A DNA stretch of 64,000 nucleotides from NCBI GenBank assembly GCA_038142325.1, contig JAYQJW010000002.1:384001-448000 (forward strand), written 5' to 3'. Every line of letters begins with the position of its first letter. Position 1 is the stretch's first letter. The stretch is from Gammaproteobacteria bacterium. Its GTDB lineage: Bacteria; Pseudomonadota; Gammaproteobacteria; GCA-002705445; GCA-002716945. The position numbers were made by a program, and so were the translations under genes. This document shows, piece by piece, positions 19,874 to 30,679 of this stretch. The notes below the pieces were generated by a model, which had not been told where the DNA came from, made no database searches, and saw only the letters and a list, made by a program, of their open reading frames with translations.

Positions 19874-20815
19874 ATGGTATCTCAGCGTAAGTTTAATGAA
19901 TTGAAAATTTCAACTAATTCAAGACTCCATTTTGGTTTTTTAAACCTTGATTCCCAACAGCCCTATTCATATGGCAGCATGGGTTTAACAATTAATAAAC
20001 ATAAAACTTTGATTCAAATTTCAAAATCTAAAAAATTTCACTCAAATTTATCAAAAATTTATACAAATAAAATTAAAGATTTCATTAAAACTATGAAATT
20101 AGATAGTAATGTCAATATCAATTGTTCAGTTAAACCGGATAGCCACGTAGGTCTTGGATCAGGGACACAATTAGCCATGGCTCTAGAGGAAGGTGTTTCG
20201 AAGTTTTATAAATTTGGGACTGTTAAGAATATTTTCTCAAGAAAATTTAGATCTGGAGTAGGATACAATGCCTATTTGAAAGGGGGATTCATAATTGACT
20301 GTCCAAAAAACAACTCTAAATCAAATGAACTTATATTTAATAGAAACTTCCCAATAAAATGGAAAATAATTTTATTATTTGATAGAAATATAAAAGGATT
20401 GTCCGGGAAAAAAGAGTCGAACTTTTTCTCATTAAAACAAAGTAGTTCCAATAGAGAAAAATTATCAGATATCGTATTAAATGAAATTATACCATCATTA
20501 ATTTATGAGGATTTTGATATTTTTGCGAATGGTTTAACAAGATTTCAAAAACTGAATTCACTATTTTACTCTTCTATTCAAAAATCTTATTTTTTGAGTA
20601 ATGATATTGGCAAAGTGATAAAGAAAATATCTTGTAAATTCAATGTTGCATCAGGCCAAAGCTCATGGGGTCCAACCTCTTATATCATTGTAAATCCTAA
20701 AACAAATTTAAATGAAATTTTATCTATTTTAGATAATACAATAAGTATGTATAATAGCTTGTCATACGACGTCGTATCAGCCGCAAATAATGGGCGAAGA
20801 ATATCTTATAAATAG
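19874..20815 (+). CDS. mptG: Beta-ribofuranosylaminobenzene 5'-phosphate synthase
   Basis: RLHFGF, HVGLGSGTQL, RSGVG and GQSSWGPT (GHMP fold); divergent from fhcB. Confidence 0.92.
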   Translation: MVSQRKFNELKISTNSRLHFGFLNLDSQQPYSYGSMGLTINKHKTLIQISKSKKFHSNLSKIYTNKIKDFIKTMKLDSNVNINCSVKPDSHVGLGSGTQLAMALEEGVSKFYKFGTVKNIFSRKFRSGVGYNAYLKGGFIIDCPKNNSKSNELIFNRNFPIKWKIILLFDRNIKGLSGKKESNFFSLKQSSSNREKLSDIVLNEIIPSLIYEDFDIFANGLTRFQKLNSLFYSSIQKSYFLSNDIGKVIKKISCKFNVASGQSSWGPTSYIIVNPKTNLNEILSILDNTISMYNSLSYDVVSAANNGRRISYK

Positions 20816-20824
20816 GAGACTTTT

Positions 20825-21715
20825 ATGGAAAAACCACATTTACTACATCTAATAACATCAGAAAAGAATGCAAGCCCGTTTGATGTGAATATGGCTTATG
20901 ATGCTGGTTGGACCAATATTACTCCCTATACAAATGTCGAACAATCGGAGATACAAGCTCTAGTGCAAGATGCGATATTTTCTAGATCAACGTCTGCGCT
21001 CACTCGAACGGGAATATTCTTTGGAGGAAGGGATACTCATGAAGCAATGGATATGATAGAAGAGGCTAAAAAACATATGGTCCCTCCTTTTGAAGTATCT
21101 GTCTTTGCTGATCCTAGCGGTGCTTTTACAACCGCAGCAGGCATGGTTGCTATTACTGAAAAACATTTAAGCGATAAATTTAATATGAAATTAGGTGATT
21201 CTAAAGTTGTCATACTAGGTGGCACTGGACCTGTTGGAGTTGCATCGGCGGTAATATGTGCAAAAGCTGGTGCCGACGTTACTTTAGTAGGACGTAGCTT
21301 AGAGAAAGCAGAGAAGATTTCATCTATTTGCAACGATCGTTATGACTCAAAAAATGTTAAGCCTGGGATGGATGCAGATAAAGGAGATTATTTCAAAAAT
21401 ACAGATATAGTATTAAATACAGGAGCTGCAGGGATTCAGCTTATGACATCAGAACATATAGAAAGCAGTGATTCATTAAAAATTTGTGCTGATACCAATG
21501 CTGTACCACCTTCTGGTATCGCAGGTGTTGATGTGATGGATAATGGTAAGGTTATTGATAACTCACCAAGTGGATGTCTGGGTATTGGAGCTTTAGCTAT
21601 TGGAAACATCAAATACAAATCACAGCATGAGTGTTTGAAATTGATGTATACATCAGAGAAACCAGTGTATCTTGATTTTGAAGATGCATTTAAGTTTGCA
21701 CAACAAAGCGTATAA
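20825..21715 (+). CDS. mtdB: NAD(P)-dependent methylene-H4MPT dehydrogenase
   Basis: SPFDVNMAYDAG, QDAIFSR, ADPSGAFTTAA and GGTGPVG. Confidence 0.92.
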   Translation: MEKPHLLHLITSEKNASPFDVNMAYDAGWTNITPYTNVEQSEIQALVQDAIFSRSTSALTRTGIFFGGRDTHEAMDMIEEAKKHMVPPFEVSVFADPSGAFTTAAGMVAITEKHLSDKFNMKLGDSKVVILGGTGPVGVASAVICAKAGADVTLVGRSLEKAEKISSICNDRYDSKNVKPGMDADKGDYFKNTDIVLNTGAAGIQLMTSEHIESSDSLKICADTNAVPPSGIAGVDVMDNGKVIDNSPSGCLGIGALAIGNIKYKSQHECLKLMYTSEKPVYLDFEDAFKFAQQSV

Positions 21716-22760
21716 AGATATTCTGCTCATTGCTAATGGCCATGAAGCCTATTTAGATGAGCTATCGCATTTAGCTGAAAATATTCATATTATAGATTCT
21801 TATGTAGATAATAAAAATTATCTTACATCACTTGGTGCACTTAAAGAATTTATATGCAAAAAAAAACTCAATAAAAAAGAAACAAAAGTAATTTATGCTT
21901 CAGGATTAGAGGGTAAAAAGCATATACAAAAATATCTTGATGATAATTTTCATATTTCTGGAAACTCATTTTCTGATTTCAGATATTTAGGCAATGCTTA
22001 CAACATTGATACGAAACTTTTCACAGATACAGTTATGATTCCTGAAAAATCTAGTGATTATAATTATAAATATATAAGCAAAGATTATGATAGTACTGGC
22101 GGATTAGGCATAGGAAATAATATTTCGTCTAACAATATTTATTACCAAAAATATATCCCTGGTGTTACATTTTCAATATCCTTTTTAGCAGACAAATCAA
22201 AAATATCTTTACTTGGTTTTAATCAAATATTTACTGTCAAAAATAATATTAAATATCCTTTCTTATATGCAGGCGCAATGAATATTGAGTTTAAAAATAG
22301 TTTAAGAAATAAAATAATTGATTGGGTTCAAGAATTTACAAGCTTTTATCAATTAAGAGGCTTTATTAGCATTGATTTTAAAATTTTCGAAAATAGGGTT
22401 TACTTAATAGATATAAATCCAAGATTATCTGGTACGTATCGAATATATAAGAATAAATATAAAAATTTAATGGCCAATCATATTATGCCGACTGAAACTA
22501 TATCACTTTATAATGAGGCTTATCATTCATATATAATACTCTATGCAAAAAGTTCTATTAAAATTAAGAAATCTATTAATGAGATTAAAAATATATCTGA
22601 TGTACCAAAGATTGGTGAAACTATTGAAAAGGACGAACCAATTCTAACTATGAATGTAAGCGCTCAAACTGAAAAAGAATTACGTGAACATATAAAAACT
22701 ACAATTAAGTGTGCGATGGAAATAATAGACTGCTATAATGTCGACTTAGATTATGAGTAA
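21672..22760 (+). CDS. ATP-grasp protein of the H4MPT cluster (OrfY-like); start uncertain
   Basis: QKYIPG, SIDF and DINPRLSG ATP-grasp motifs; lies between mtdB and mch. Confidence 0.75.
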   Translation: MILKMHLSLHNKAYKDILLIANGHEAYLDELSHLAENIHIIDSYVDNKNYLTSLGALKEFICKKKLNKKETKVIYASGLEGKKHIQKYLDDNFHISGNSFSDFRYLGNAYNIDTKLFTDTVMIPEKSSDYNYKYISKDYDSTGGLGIGNNISSNNIYYQKYIPGVTFSISFLADKSKISLLGFNQIFTVKNNIKYPFLYAGAMNIEFKNSLRNKIIDWVQEFTSFYQLRGFISIDFKIFENRVYLIDINPRLSGTYRIYKNKYKNLMANHIMPTETISLYNEAYHSYIILYAKSSIKIKKSINEIKNISDVPKIGETIEKDEPILTMNVSAQTEKELREHIKTTIKCAMEIIDCYNVDLDYE

Positions 22761-23718
22761 CATCAGTGTCAATAAACAAGTTAAACCTTTAGTTGAAAAA
22801 CTAATCGAATCTCATGAAAAGCTCAATTTAGGAATATCAGAGTCAGAGGGTGGAGCAAAAATTATAGATGCAGGTATTAAACATAAGGGATGCTTAGAAG
22901 CGGGTAGATTGATCACCGAGATTTGTATGGGTGGATTAGGGTCAGTAAGCCTATCAATGACATCTGCTACTCCAAATTGGCCATTGGCAATTCATGTTCA
23001 TAGCACCGACCCTGTTTTATCCTGTCTAGGAAGTCAATATGCCGGCTGGTCACTCTCATTTGTTCAAAACGATGATAATTTCTCAGCACTTGGCTCAGGC
23101 CCATGCAGGGCACTTGCTGGTAAAGAGGATATATTTAAAGATATCAAATACGAGGATAAGTTTTTTTCAACAGTGGTCATACTAGAGGTAGACCAAAATC
23201 CACCTCAACAAATCATCGATAAAATAGTTGATGATTGCGATATTTCTGAAAAGAATCTTACAATAATTTTAACCCCAACCAGATCCTTATGTGGAACTAC
23301 TCAGGTTGTAGGTAGAGTCCTTGAGGTAGGACTTCATAAAGTGCATGAACTTGGATTTCCAATTGATAAAGTAGTTGATGGATTTGGGTCAGCTCCGTTA
23401 CCACCTCCGGCACCTGATTTTCTAATAGGAATGGGTAGAACTAATGACGCCATATTATACGGTGGACTTGTTCATCTATATGTGGATACACCAAACGATG
23501 ATGCAGAAGAGCTTGCTAAAAGATTACCTAGTTCAACATCTAATGATTATGGAAAACCCTTTGCTGATATTTTTAAAGAATATAAGTATGATTTTTATCA
23601 GATAGATAAAATGCTATTTAGTCCTGCTAAGGTTATAGTTTCGAGCTTACAAACTGGAAAATCTTATACTTCAGGAAATATCAATCTCTCTCTCATGGAT
23701 GATTCATTTAATAAATGA
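22753..23718 (+). CDS. mch: Methenyl-H4MPT cyclohydrolase
   Basis: EICMGGLG, CLGSQYAGW, LGSGPCRAL, MGRTNDAILYGG and LFSPA. Confidence 0.96.
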   Translation: MSNISVNKQVKPLVEKLIESHEKLNLGISESEGGAKIIDAGIKHKGCLEAGRLITEICMGGLGSVSLSMTSATPNWPLAIHVHSTDPVLSCLGSQYAGWSLSFVQNDDNFSALGSGPCRALAGKEDIFKDIKYEDKFFSTVVILEVDQNPPQQIIDKIVDDCDISEKNLTIILTPTRSLCGTTQVVGRVLEVGLHKVHELGFPIDKVVDGFGSAPLPPPAPDFLIGMGRTNDAILYGGLVHLYVDTPNDDAEELAKRLPSSTSNDYGKPFADIFKEYKYDFYQIDKMLFSPAKVIVSSLQTGKSYTSGNINLSLMDDSFNK

Positions 23719-24578
23719 TGCGTACACTAATCCTTACTGATAAGGAAGGATGGCATTATAATGAGCTTAAAAAGTCTTTAATCAAATTAGGACATTCTGT
23801 CTTTTCAGCATGTTTGACAAACATAAGTATTAAGCTAGATGCTATAAAAGCAAAATTATTTATCAATAATGAACCCATACCCGAAGTTGATAATGTAATC
23901 GTCAGATTTGTCCCCGGTGGGACTCTTGAAGAAATAGTATACTTTCTTAATATTTTAAAAATACTTGAATCAAAAGGGGTTAATGTTATCAACAATGCTT
24001 CATCCATCGAAAAGACTGTTGATAAGTTACATACGTCATATCTTTTAAATAAGAATAATATAAAAACACCTCTTACATATGTTTTGAGAGGTCATAATGA
24101 AGCCTATGAATTTATTAAAAATTATCACAAAGAATTAATCTATAAACCACTCTTTGGTTCACAAGGAGATGGAATTAAAATAATAAGAGAATTAGAAGAT
24201 TTAACTTCATTTAGTAACCCTTCTAATGTTTATTATTTTCAAGAATACTTAACAAATCCTATAATGCATGATTATAGAGTACTTGTAATTCGTTATGATA
24301 ATACTGTCAAATATTTCTATATGACTAGATATGGTCAGACTTTTGTTAATAACTTCTCTAAAGGAGCTAAATGCATTAAAGAAAATTTTAATAATAAAGT
24401 AATTGATTTAGCACTTGAAACATCTGAATTTCTTCAAATGAAATTTTGTGGTGTAGATATTATGAAATTTAAAGAAAATTATTATGTGATAGAGGTAAAT
24501 AGTATTCCAGCATGGAAAGGACTCCAAGAAGTTGAGGATCAAGTTATATCCGATTCTATAGTTGGATTATTTAAGTAA
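23715..24578 (+). CDS. RimK-family alpha-L-glutamate ligase (Orf5, cofactor polyglutamylation)
   Basis: GTLEE, VDK, KPLFGSQG, DYRV, GVDI and EVNSIPAWKGLQ. Confidence 0.9.
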   Translation: MMRTLILTDKEGWHYNELKKSLIKLGHSVFSACLTNISIKLDAIKAKLFINNEPIPEVDNVIVRFVPGGTLEEIVYFLNILKILESKGVNVINNASSIEKTVDKLHTSYLLNKNNIKTPLTYVLRGHNEAYEFIKNYHKELIYKPLFGSQGDGIKIIRELEDLTSFSNPSNVYYFQEYLTNPIMHDYRVLVIRYDNTVKYFYMTRYGQTFVNNFSKGAKCIKENFNNKVIDLALETSEFLQMKFCGVDIMKFKENYYVIEVNSIPAWKGLQEVEDQVISDSIVGLFK

Positions 24579-24584
24579 TGTAAT

Positions 24585-25475
24585 ATGAATTTATCAAAGA
24601 AAGAAGTAATTTTTGATTCAGATAAAATAGAATCATCTTATATAAAAGCTTGCATGCTTGACATCGAATGCATTAAACCTGGAAATGTTAATCTAGTATC
24701 CGGCCATGATGATACAAATGCAAAAGATTTTATTTCTAGCTACAAAGCTACCTCAAAGACTATCACTTTGCCTGATATATCCTTAGGAGAAAGAATTGAA
24801 AGTTGTATCGTTGAAACCAAGAAAATTACTACCAAAAATACTAACCTTGGGATTATACTCTTGTGCTCACTTTTTTCACAATCACTGCTCTTAAAATCTA
24901 AAAAACTAGATGAATCAATACACGACACTGTAATGAGTTCAACTAATGATGATGTTACGCGCATATGCAAAGCCATTACTGAAGCTAATCCTGGTGGATT
25001 AGGATCTCATGATGAGTATGACGTTAACTCAAATCCAAAAGTAACGCTCTATGATCTTATGAAGGCTTCAGCAGAATATGACCAAATATCAAATCAATAT
25101 TATCTAAAATTTAGAGATATTTTCAGCTTTATAATACCTACTCTGCATAGTTCTATTGTAAGGATTAACAATACTAAATTAGCACTCTCTTATACTTTCC
25201 TTAAAATTTTAGAAAAGTACCCAGATTCTCATTTAAGACGTAAATATGGTAATAAAATAGCAAAAAAGACTAGTAATGAGGCGTCTGATTTGATAAAAAT
25301 ACTAGACGGGGATACTCGATATGAGTCATGGGGTAAAAATCTAATATCTCTTGATAAACATTTTAAAATGGCTCGGGTGAATCCAGGGACAACAGCTGAT
25401 CTATTGGTTGTATCGATGATGATATATGATTATTTCATTGGTATAGATGCCGGTAGTGAGGTGTCCGTTTATTAA
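24585..25475 (+). CDS. CitG-like protein (Orf7 of H4MPT clusters)
   Basis: KPGNV, NTNLGIILL, PDSHLRRKYG and NPGTTADL. Confidence 0.9.
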   Translation: MNLSKKEVIFDSDKIESSYIKACMLDIECIKPGNVNLVSGHDDTNAKDFISSYKATSKTITLPDISLGERIESCIVETKKITTKNTNLGIILLCSLFSQSLLLKSKKLDESIHDTVMSSTNDDVTRICKAITEANPGGLGSHDEYDVNSNPKVTLYDLMKASAEYDQISNQYYLKFRDIFSFIIPTLHSSIVRINNTKLALSYTFLKILEKYPDSHLRRKYGNKIAKKTSNEASDLIKILDGDTRYESWGKNLISLDKHFKMARVNPGTTADLLVVSMMIYDYFIGIDAGSEVSVY

Positions 25476-25498
25476 TAAACAAAAAATAGGAGATAAAA

Positions 25499-26011
25499 AT
25501 GGCAGTAGTCGACAAAGTATTAGTTGGGGAAGCACTTGTTGTAACCGAAGGTGGGGATAACGAAATTTCACATATCGACTTATTAATGGGACCACGTGGT
25601 TCTGCAGTTGAAGATGCATTTTGTAACACATTATGTAATAACAAAGATGGTTTCACATCTTTATTAGCTGTAGTTTCACCTAACTTACCATGTAAACCTA
25701 GCACAGCTATGTTCAATAAAGTTACAATCAAAGGCGCTAAGCAAGCAGTTCAAATGTTTGGTCCAGCGCAAGCAGCGGTTGCAAGAGCTGTTACTGAATG
25801 TGTAGAAGATGGAACAATTCCAGCTGATGAGGCTGATGATATTTTCATCTGCGTAGGTGTGTTTATTCATTGGGACGCTGATGATAACAAACGTATCTAT
25901 GATTATAATTTTGAAGCAACAAAAATGGCTATTAAAAATGCTGTTAGCGGTGAGCCAAAAGCTCAAGACGTAGTTGCTAAGAAAGCTACAGAGCATCCGT
26001 TCGAAAAATAA
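25499..26011 (+). CDS. fae: Formaldehyde-activating enzyme
   Basis: [31 protein letters not shown] and VFIHW; AGGAG Shine-Dalgarno. Confidence 0.97.
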   Translation: MAVVDKVLVGEALVVTEGGDNEISHIDLLMGPRGSAVEDAFCNTLCNNKDGFTSLLAVVSPNLPCKPSTAMFNKVTIKGAKQAVQMFGPAQAAVARAVTECVEDGTIPADEADDIFICVGVFIHWDADDNKRIYDYNFEATKMAIKNAVSGEPKAQDVVAKKATEHPFEK

Positions 26012-26033
26012 TCATTTTTGATATAATGATATT

Positions 26034-26063
26034 AGAGCCAGTTAACTACTGGCTCTTTTTTTT
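26034..26063 (+). terminator. Rho-independent terminator after fae
   Basis: AGAGCCAGT/ACTGGCTCT stem followed by a T run. Confidence 0.8.
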
Positions 26064-26717
26064 ATTAAGTATTTATTTGTTTCTGTATTAAATAGAATAG
26101 ATGAAACAATCACTCCATTAACTTTCATATTACGCAGCCTAATAATATCAAAAACTGAGTTAATTCCTCCAGCAACATAATATTTTTTTTGAGCTTCTAC
26201 AGGTTCTTTTTATATGCTTGTAATCTGGACCTTTACTGGTACCTACATCTGACATATTCATTAATATAATTTTATTTTTATATTTAGAATCAAGCTTTTG
26301 AAAATATTTAAAGCCAATAATACCGTCCTTATAGTCATATGAGTAAATATGATTTTTATAAATATAATTAAAATTTTTTATTTTTTTTAAACATTCGCTG
26401 CACATTACATGAATTATATTATTTTTTTCTAATGAACTTATTTTCCTATTTCCTACATCTACCCAAAATATTATATTTTTGAATAAATTACATAGTTCAA
26501 TAATGATATTTGTATTATCTCCATCGTTATTTAGTGAATCTAGATCAGCAAGATATATTACTGATGGATGATACAATTGAACAATCTTTCTTGTAAAAAC
26601 AATAGGGTCTGATGATTGATTTAAGCTGATATGAACCGGTTGATAATATTTTCTATTCCCTCCCATAGCCCTTACAACCATTCCGCCTTTTATATCAATT
26701 GCAGGTATAATATTCAT
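26042..26717 (-). CDS. HisA/HisF-like TIM-barrel protein (Orf17 of H4MPT clusters); frameshift near 26185
   Basis: IIPAIDIKGGMVVRA, YLADLD and DVGTSKGPD. After the A run it continues as YVAGGI...GVIVSSIL to TAA at 26042-26044. Confidence 0.85.
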
Positions 26718-26718
26718 A

Positions 26719-27633
26719 ATGAAAAGAATTCTTATATTTGAGTATATTACAGGCGGCGGGTTGATTGAAAATAAACTTGACCATCATCTTCTCACAGAAG
26801 CAAATATGATTCTAAGATCTCTTATTGACACAACTAAATATCAAATAAGCTTCTTTTGTGATTACCGACATAAATATGTCAACAGAAAAGAAGCTATTAT
26901 TGTTAATCAAAATAATTCGCAAATCATATATGACGCAGAATTCATAAACCAATATGATTATTTTATACCCGTATGTCCCGAGAATGATTTCATATCATAT
27001 AATTATATAAAAAAGCTATCGCCCAATATAGAAAACTTGTATTCATCAGATTTAAGAACGATATTAATTACTACTGATAAGATCAGGCTAAAGAAAATTT
27101 GTACTGAAAATAATATACTTAATCCTGATACTTATGACTCAGATGTAAAGAATACTTTATTCATCACAAAAGATAGATTCGGTTGTGGTTGTTCTGATAC
27201 TTATTTTGTAGAAAAAGGTAAATGTGAAGATTTAAATAATATTACTGAAAAGTATATTCCGGGAAATTCACATAGTGTAAATCTTCATGTATCTGAGAAC
27301 AATTATAGAGTTTTATCAATTAATAAACATAAAATGACTGTGTCTAAGGGTAGAATTCAAGTTAAATCCATACTAGTCAATTTATATCCAACTAATAAAA
27401 ATTTAATATTTAAATTTATTGATGACGTCATATCAATCCTTCCTAATCTTAGAGGTTTTGTGGGTATAGACTTTATTGAATACAAAGGAGAGTTTTTTCT
27501 TATCGAAGTAAATCCAAGATATACAACATCCATGTCAATGTTACAGAAGTGTAAGAGTACTAGTTGTCTTGATTATATTGAAGATACCATATGTGATATT
27601 GCAGGTAAAACATGTCAATTAAACCTTATATAA
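26719..27633 (+). CDS. ATP-grasp protein (Orf1, MfnD-like tyramine-glutamate ligase)
   Basis: ILIFEYITGGG, GFVGIDF and IEVNPRYTTS. Confidence 0.85.
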   Translation: MKRILIFEYITGGGLIENKLDHHLLTEANMILRSLIDTTKYQISFFCDYRHKYVNRKEAIIVNQNNSQIIYDAEFINQYDYFIPVCPENDFISYNYIKKLSPNIENLYSSDLRTILITTDKIRLKKICTENNILNPDTYDSDVKNTLFITKDRFGCGCSDTYFVEKGKCEDLNNITEKYIPGNSHSVNLHVSENNYRVLSINKHKMTVSKGRIQVKSILVNLYPTNKNLIFKFIDDVISILPNLRGFVGIDFIEYKGEFFLIEVNPRYTTSMSMLQKCKSTSCLDYIEDTICDIAGKTCQLNLI

Positions 27634-28661
27634 CAAAAATAGGATGGGATATTGGTGGCGCACATATTAAATACTGTGCTGAATCAGAATCAAATAATAT
27701 TATTTGGTATGACATTATTGATTTTGACTTTTGGGTTGAACACGATGCTCTAGATGAAGTCATAACCCGAGTTACAGATCAATTTGATAATAAAAATTCT
27801 CAAATCAAAAATTATTTTACAATGTCTGCTGAGATGTGTGATTGTTTTGAAAATAGAGAAAAGGGTGTTAAATATATAATAGATAAAATAAAAAAAACAA
27901 AAATTAGCTCTAGCGTGTTCACAAAAGATGGATTCATAGATGTTAAGAAGTGTAATCTATTGAATACTAAATATATAGGATCCTTTAACTGGTTTGCATC
28001 GGCCCTTTATTTATCTAACTATTATGATAATACAATTGCTATTGATTTAGGATCTACAACATGTGACTTTATCCTATTGAAGGATGGAAAGATTTTAAAT
28101 CAAAGATTATCTGATCTCAGTGGCATTCAAAATAAAGAACTCTTATATACTGGATGTTCAAGAACTCCATTATTTTCTCTAATGAATAATATTAATTATA
28201 AAAATAGAGCATATAGTATAATCCCAGAAAATTTTTCAACAATGGCAGATGTATATATAATATTAGAAAAATTATTTCATAAGGATATTTATTCTAAATC
28301 TTCAGATGGCTTAGATTATTCTGTAATAAATTCATATAAAAGAGTATCAAGATCATTTGGTTTTGACTATGATAAAAGTAAAAAGAAACTTTTGAACTAT
28401 TTGTGCAATAAACTACATGAAAGGCAAATACATAATATTAATAGCAACTTATTATATTTAGTTGACAAATATTTTTCAGGATCGAAGTTTAAAGTCATTG
28501 GTTTAGGATTAGGAGTAAATATTATTTCAGAAATGTGCATTGCTAATGGATATAAATTTAAGAATATTAACCATATTCTAAGGACTTCTATTAATGGCGG
28601 AGAATCATTATCACACCTTTTCCCTGCTTTTGTTTTAAATAGGATAAGTGATGAAATATAA
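27612..28661 (+). CDS. Hydantoinase/oxoprolinase-like protein (Orf9, MfnF-like)
   Basis: IGWDIGGAHIK, TMSAEMCDCF, DLGSTTCD and ELLYTGCSRTP. Confidence 0.87.
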   Translation: MSIKPYITKIGWDIGGAHIKYCAESESNNIIWYDIIDFDFWVEHDALDEVITRVTDQFDNKNSQIKNYFTMSAEMCDCFENREKGVKYIIDKIKKTKISSSVFTKDGFIDVKKCNLLNTKYIGSFNWFASALYLSNYYDNTIAIDLGSTTCDFILLKDGKILNQRLSDLSGIQNKELLYTGCSRTPLFSLMNNINYKNRAYSIIPENFSTMADVYIILEKLFHKDIYSKSSDGLDYSVINSYKRVSRSFGFDYDKSKKKLLNYLCNKLHERQIHNINSNLLYLVDKYFSGSKFKVIGLGLGVNIISEMCIANGYKFKNINHILRTSINGGESLSHLFPAFVLNRISDEI

Positions 28662-30006
28662 ATTAATTGAACTTGATTTTAATATACCATCTCATGAAAT
28701 TTTTGAATCTATAAAAGAGAATGACTGGGCAGTTTTCTTAAACAGTAATCATGAAAAATATCCTGATCAGAGATTTGACATAATTACTTCCAATCCTATA
28801 AAGAAAATAATTTTCAAAGATGATTCTGTTTTATTAGTAGAGAATGAAAATTTTATAAAGGAGCTTGATACATGTCCATTTGATTTACTTAGAGAGATAA
28901 TGAGTAATTATAAACGTGAACCTGTTGATGACATTCCATTTTGTGGAGGTGCTATTGGACATATTGCATATGATTATGGAAAAAAACTACATCAAATTAA
29001 AAGCTTAAATAAAAGTTTGAACTTTCCTTCTTTTGCTTTTGGTATTTATGATTGGGCAGTAATTTATGATTATCATAAAAAAAAAGCTTTTATCATTTAT
29101 CATGAAAATAATGCAGTAATTAAAAATATAAGCAATTACTCTCCAAAAGAGAAAAAATTAAATAGTAAAGATTCCTTTAAAATAACTTCAAGCTGTGAAT
29201 CAAATATGAATTATGCTTTATATGAGATGAAGCTCATGAAAATACTAGAATATATTAAAGCAGGGGATTGTTATCAGGTTAATTTAGCTCAAAGATTTTC
29301 ACTGGCATATGAGGGAGATGAATATAATCTTTACCAACAGCTCAATAAAAATTTTTCATCCCCTTATTCAGTTTATTTTAACTCGCATAACGGGAAAATT
29401 TTATCATTCTCTCCAGAGAGATTTTTATCAATAAAAAATAATATCATTGAAACTAAACCCATTAAAGGGACAAGACCAAGATCTGATGATCCGATCATTG
29501 ATAAAAAGAACATTGATGATCTTAAATCATCTGAAAAAGATATGGCTGAAAACTTGATGATTGTGGATCTACTTAGGAATGATTTGAGCATTAACTGTAA
29601 AAAGGGTAGTGTAAAAGTTGATAAATTATTTGAAATTGAAACATTTGCTAATGTCCATCATCTTGTGAGTACAATAACTGGAGAAATTGATGAAAGTTCA
29701 AATATTTATAATCTGATAAGAGATGCTTTCCCAGGAGGCTCAATTACAGGTGCTCCGAAACTTCGTGCGATGGAAATTATTGAGGAACTTGAGCCTGATG
29801 AAAGATCGATATACTGTGGATCTATAGGTTATATTAGTTTTGATGAAAAAACTGATTTAAATATATCAATCAGATCTATGCTATCTATTAATAATAATTT
29901 ATATTTCTGGGGCGGAGGAGGAATTGTCTATGATTCTGACATTCGCAGTGAGTACAATGAGACAATTTCTAAAGTTAAACCACTTTTAGATGCATTTTCT
30001 GATTAA
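28648..30006 (+). CDS. pabB: Aminodeoxychorismate synthase component I
   Basis: GDCYQVNL, SPERFL, KPIKGTRPR, AENLMIVDLLRND and FPGGSITGAPK. Confidence 0.92.
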   Translation: MMKYKLIELDFNIPSHEIFESIKENDWAVFLNSNHEKYPDQRFDIITSNPIKKIIFKDDSVLLVENENFIKELDTCPFDLLREIMSNYKREPVDDIPFCGGAIGHIAYDYGKKLHQIKSLNKSLNFPSFAFGIYDWAVIYDYHKKKAFIIYHENNAVIKNISNYSPKEKKLNSKDSFKITSSCESNMNYALYEMKLMKILEYIKAGDCYQVNLAQRFSLAYEGDEYNLYQQLNKNFSSPYSVYFNSHNGKILSFSPERFLSIKNNIIETKPIKGTRPRSDDPIIDKKNIDDLKSSEKDMAENLMIVDLLRNDLSINCKKGSVKVDKLFEIETFANVHHLVSTITGEIDESSNIYNLIRDAFPGGSITGAPKLRAMEIIEELEPDERSIYCGSIGYISFDEKTDLNISIRSMLSINNNLYFWGGGGIVYDSDIRSEYNETISKVKPLLDAFSD

Positions 30007-30679
30007 CTCTCTTAATATGTTCTAAAACTTTCTCACAGTTTAGAGAATCTATTGTTGCTCTTTTAGATTGAGAACAAATAGCACCTCTTAATCCAATAAA
30101 ATTAGGACTAAAAGAAAAAACCTTTTCTAAATTTTTTGATGACAAGGAACCTGAAATTCCACACAGCTTATTATGTTGCCTACATTTTTCAGTGAAATAC
30201 TCAATAAGATGATCTGGAAGAATATCTATGGAAGACCCAGCATTTTTGTTCTCAGTATCAATCATCAGCCCGTGATAATTTAATTCGCAAATAGAATCTA
30301 TCTGACTTTCATTTGTAATATACTCTGCAAACATAACACCCACAACTTTGATTGATAATCCTGAAACTGATTTTAAAAATGCTTTATGTTCATTGATGTT
30401 ATCCACACCATAAATTCCTATTTTAATATATTTAATCCCAAGCTTATTCATCAACATCAATCTGGATATCTGCTTTTGTGAGTTTGGATGTAAATCATTT
30501 CCTGCAGTAACACTTAAGGTTTTATTTTTAAACATTTTAGAGATGCTGCCTACAACGTCATCTCCTACATATCCAAGTGCACCATCCATGACATTTTTTA
30601 TATCAATAATATCAAAATCGTATTTCGAGATAACCTTCGCCTCACTCACATCTTTTATACTGCCAAGAATCTTAATCAT
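29975..30679 (-). CDS. mfnB: (5-formylfuran-3-yl)methyl phosphate synthase (Orf22/MfnB-like)
   Basis: DIIDIKN..DGALG, YIKIG, MIDT..K, GISGSL and IGLRGAIC. Confidence 0.85.
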   Translation of the reverse strand: MIKILGSIKDVSEAKVISKYDFDIIDIKNVMDGALGYVGDDVVGSISKMFKNKTLSVTAGNDLHPNSQKQISRLMLMNKLGIKYIKIGIYGVDNINEHKAFLKSVSGLSIKVVGVMFAEYITNESQIDSICELNYHGLMIDTENKNAGSSIDILPDHLIEYFTEKCRQHNKLCGISGSLSSKNLEKVFSFSPNFIGLRGAICSQSKRATIDSLNCEKVLEHIKRVNQKMHLKVV

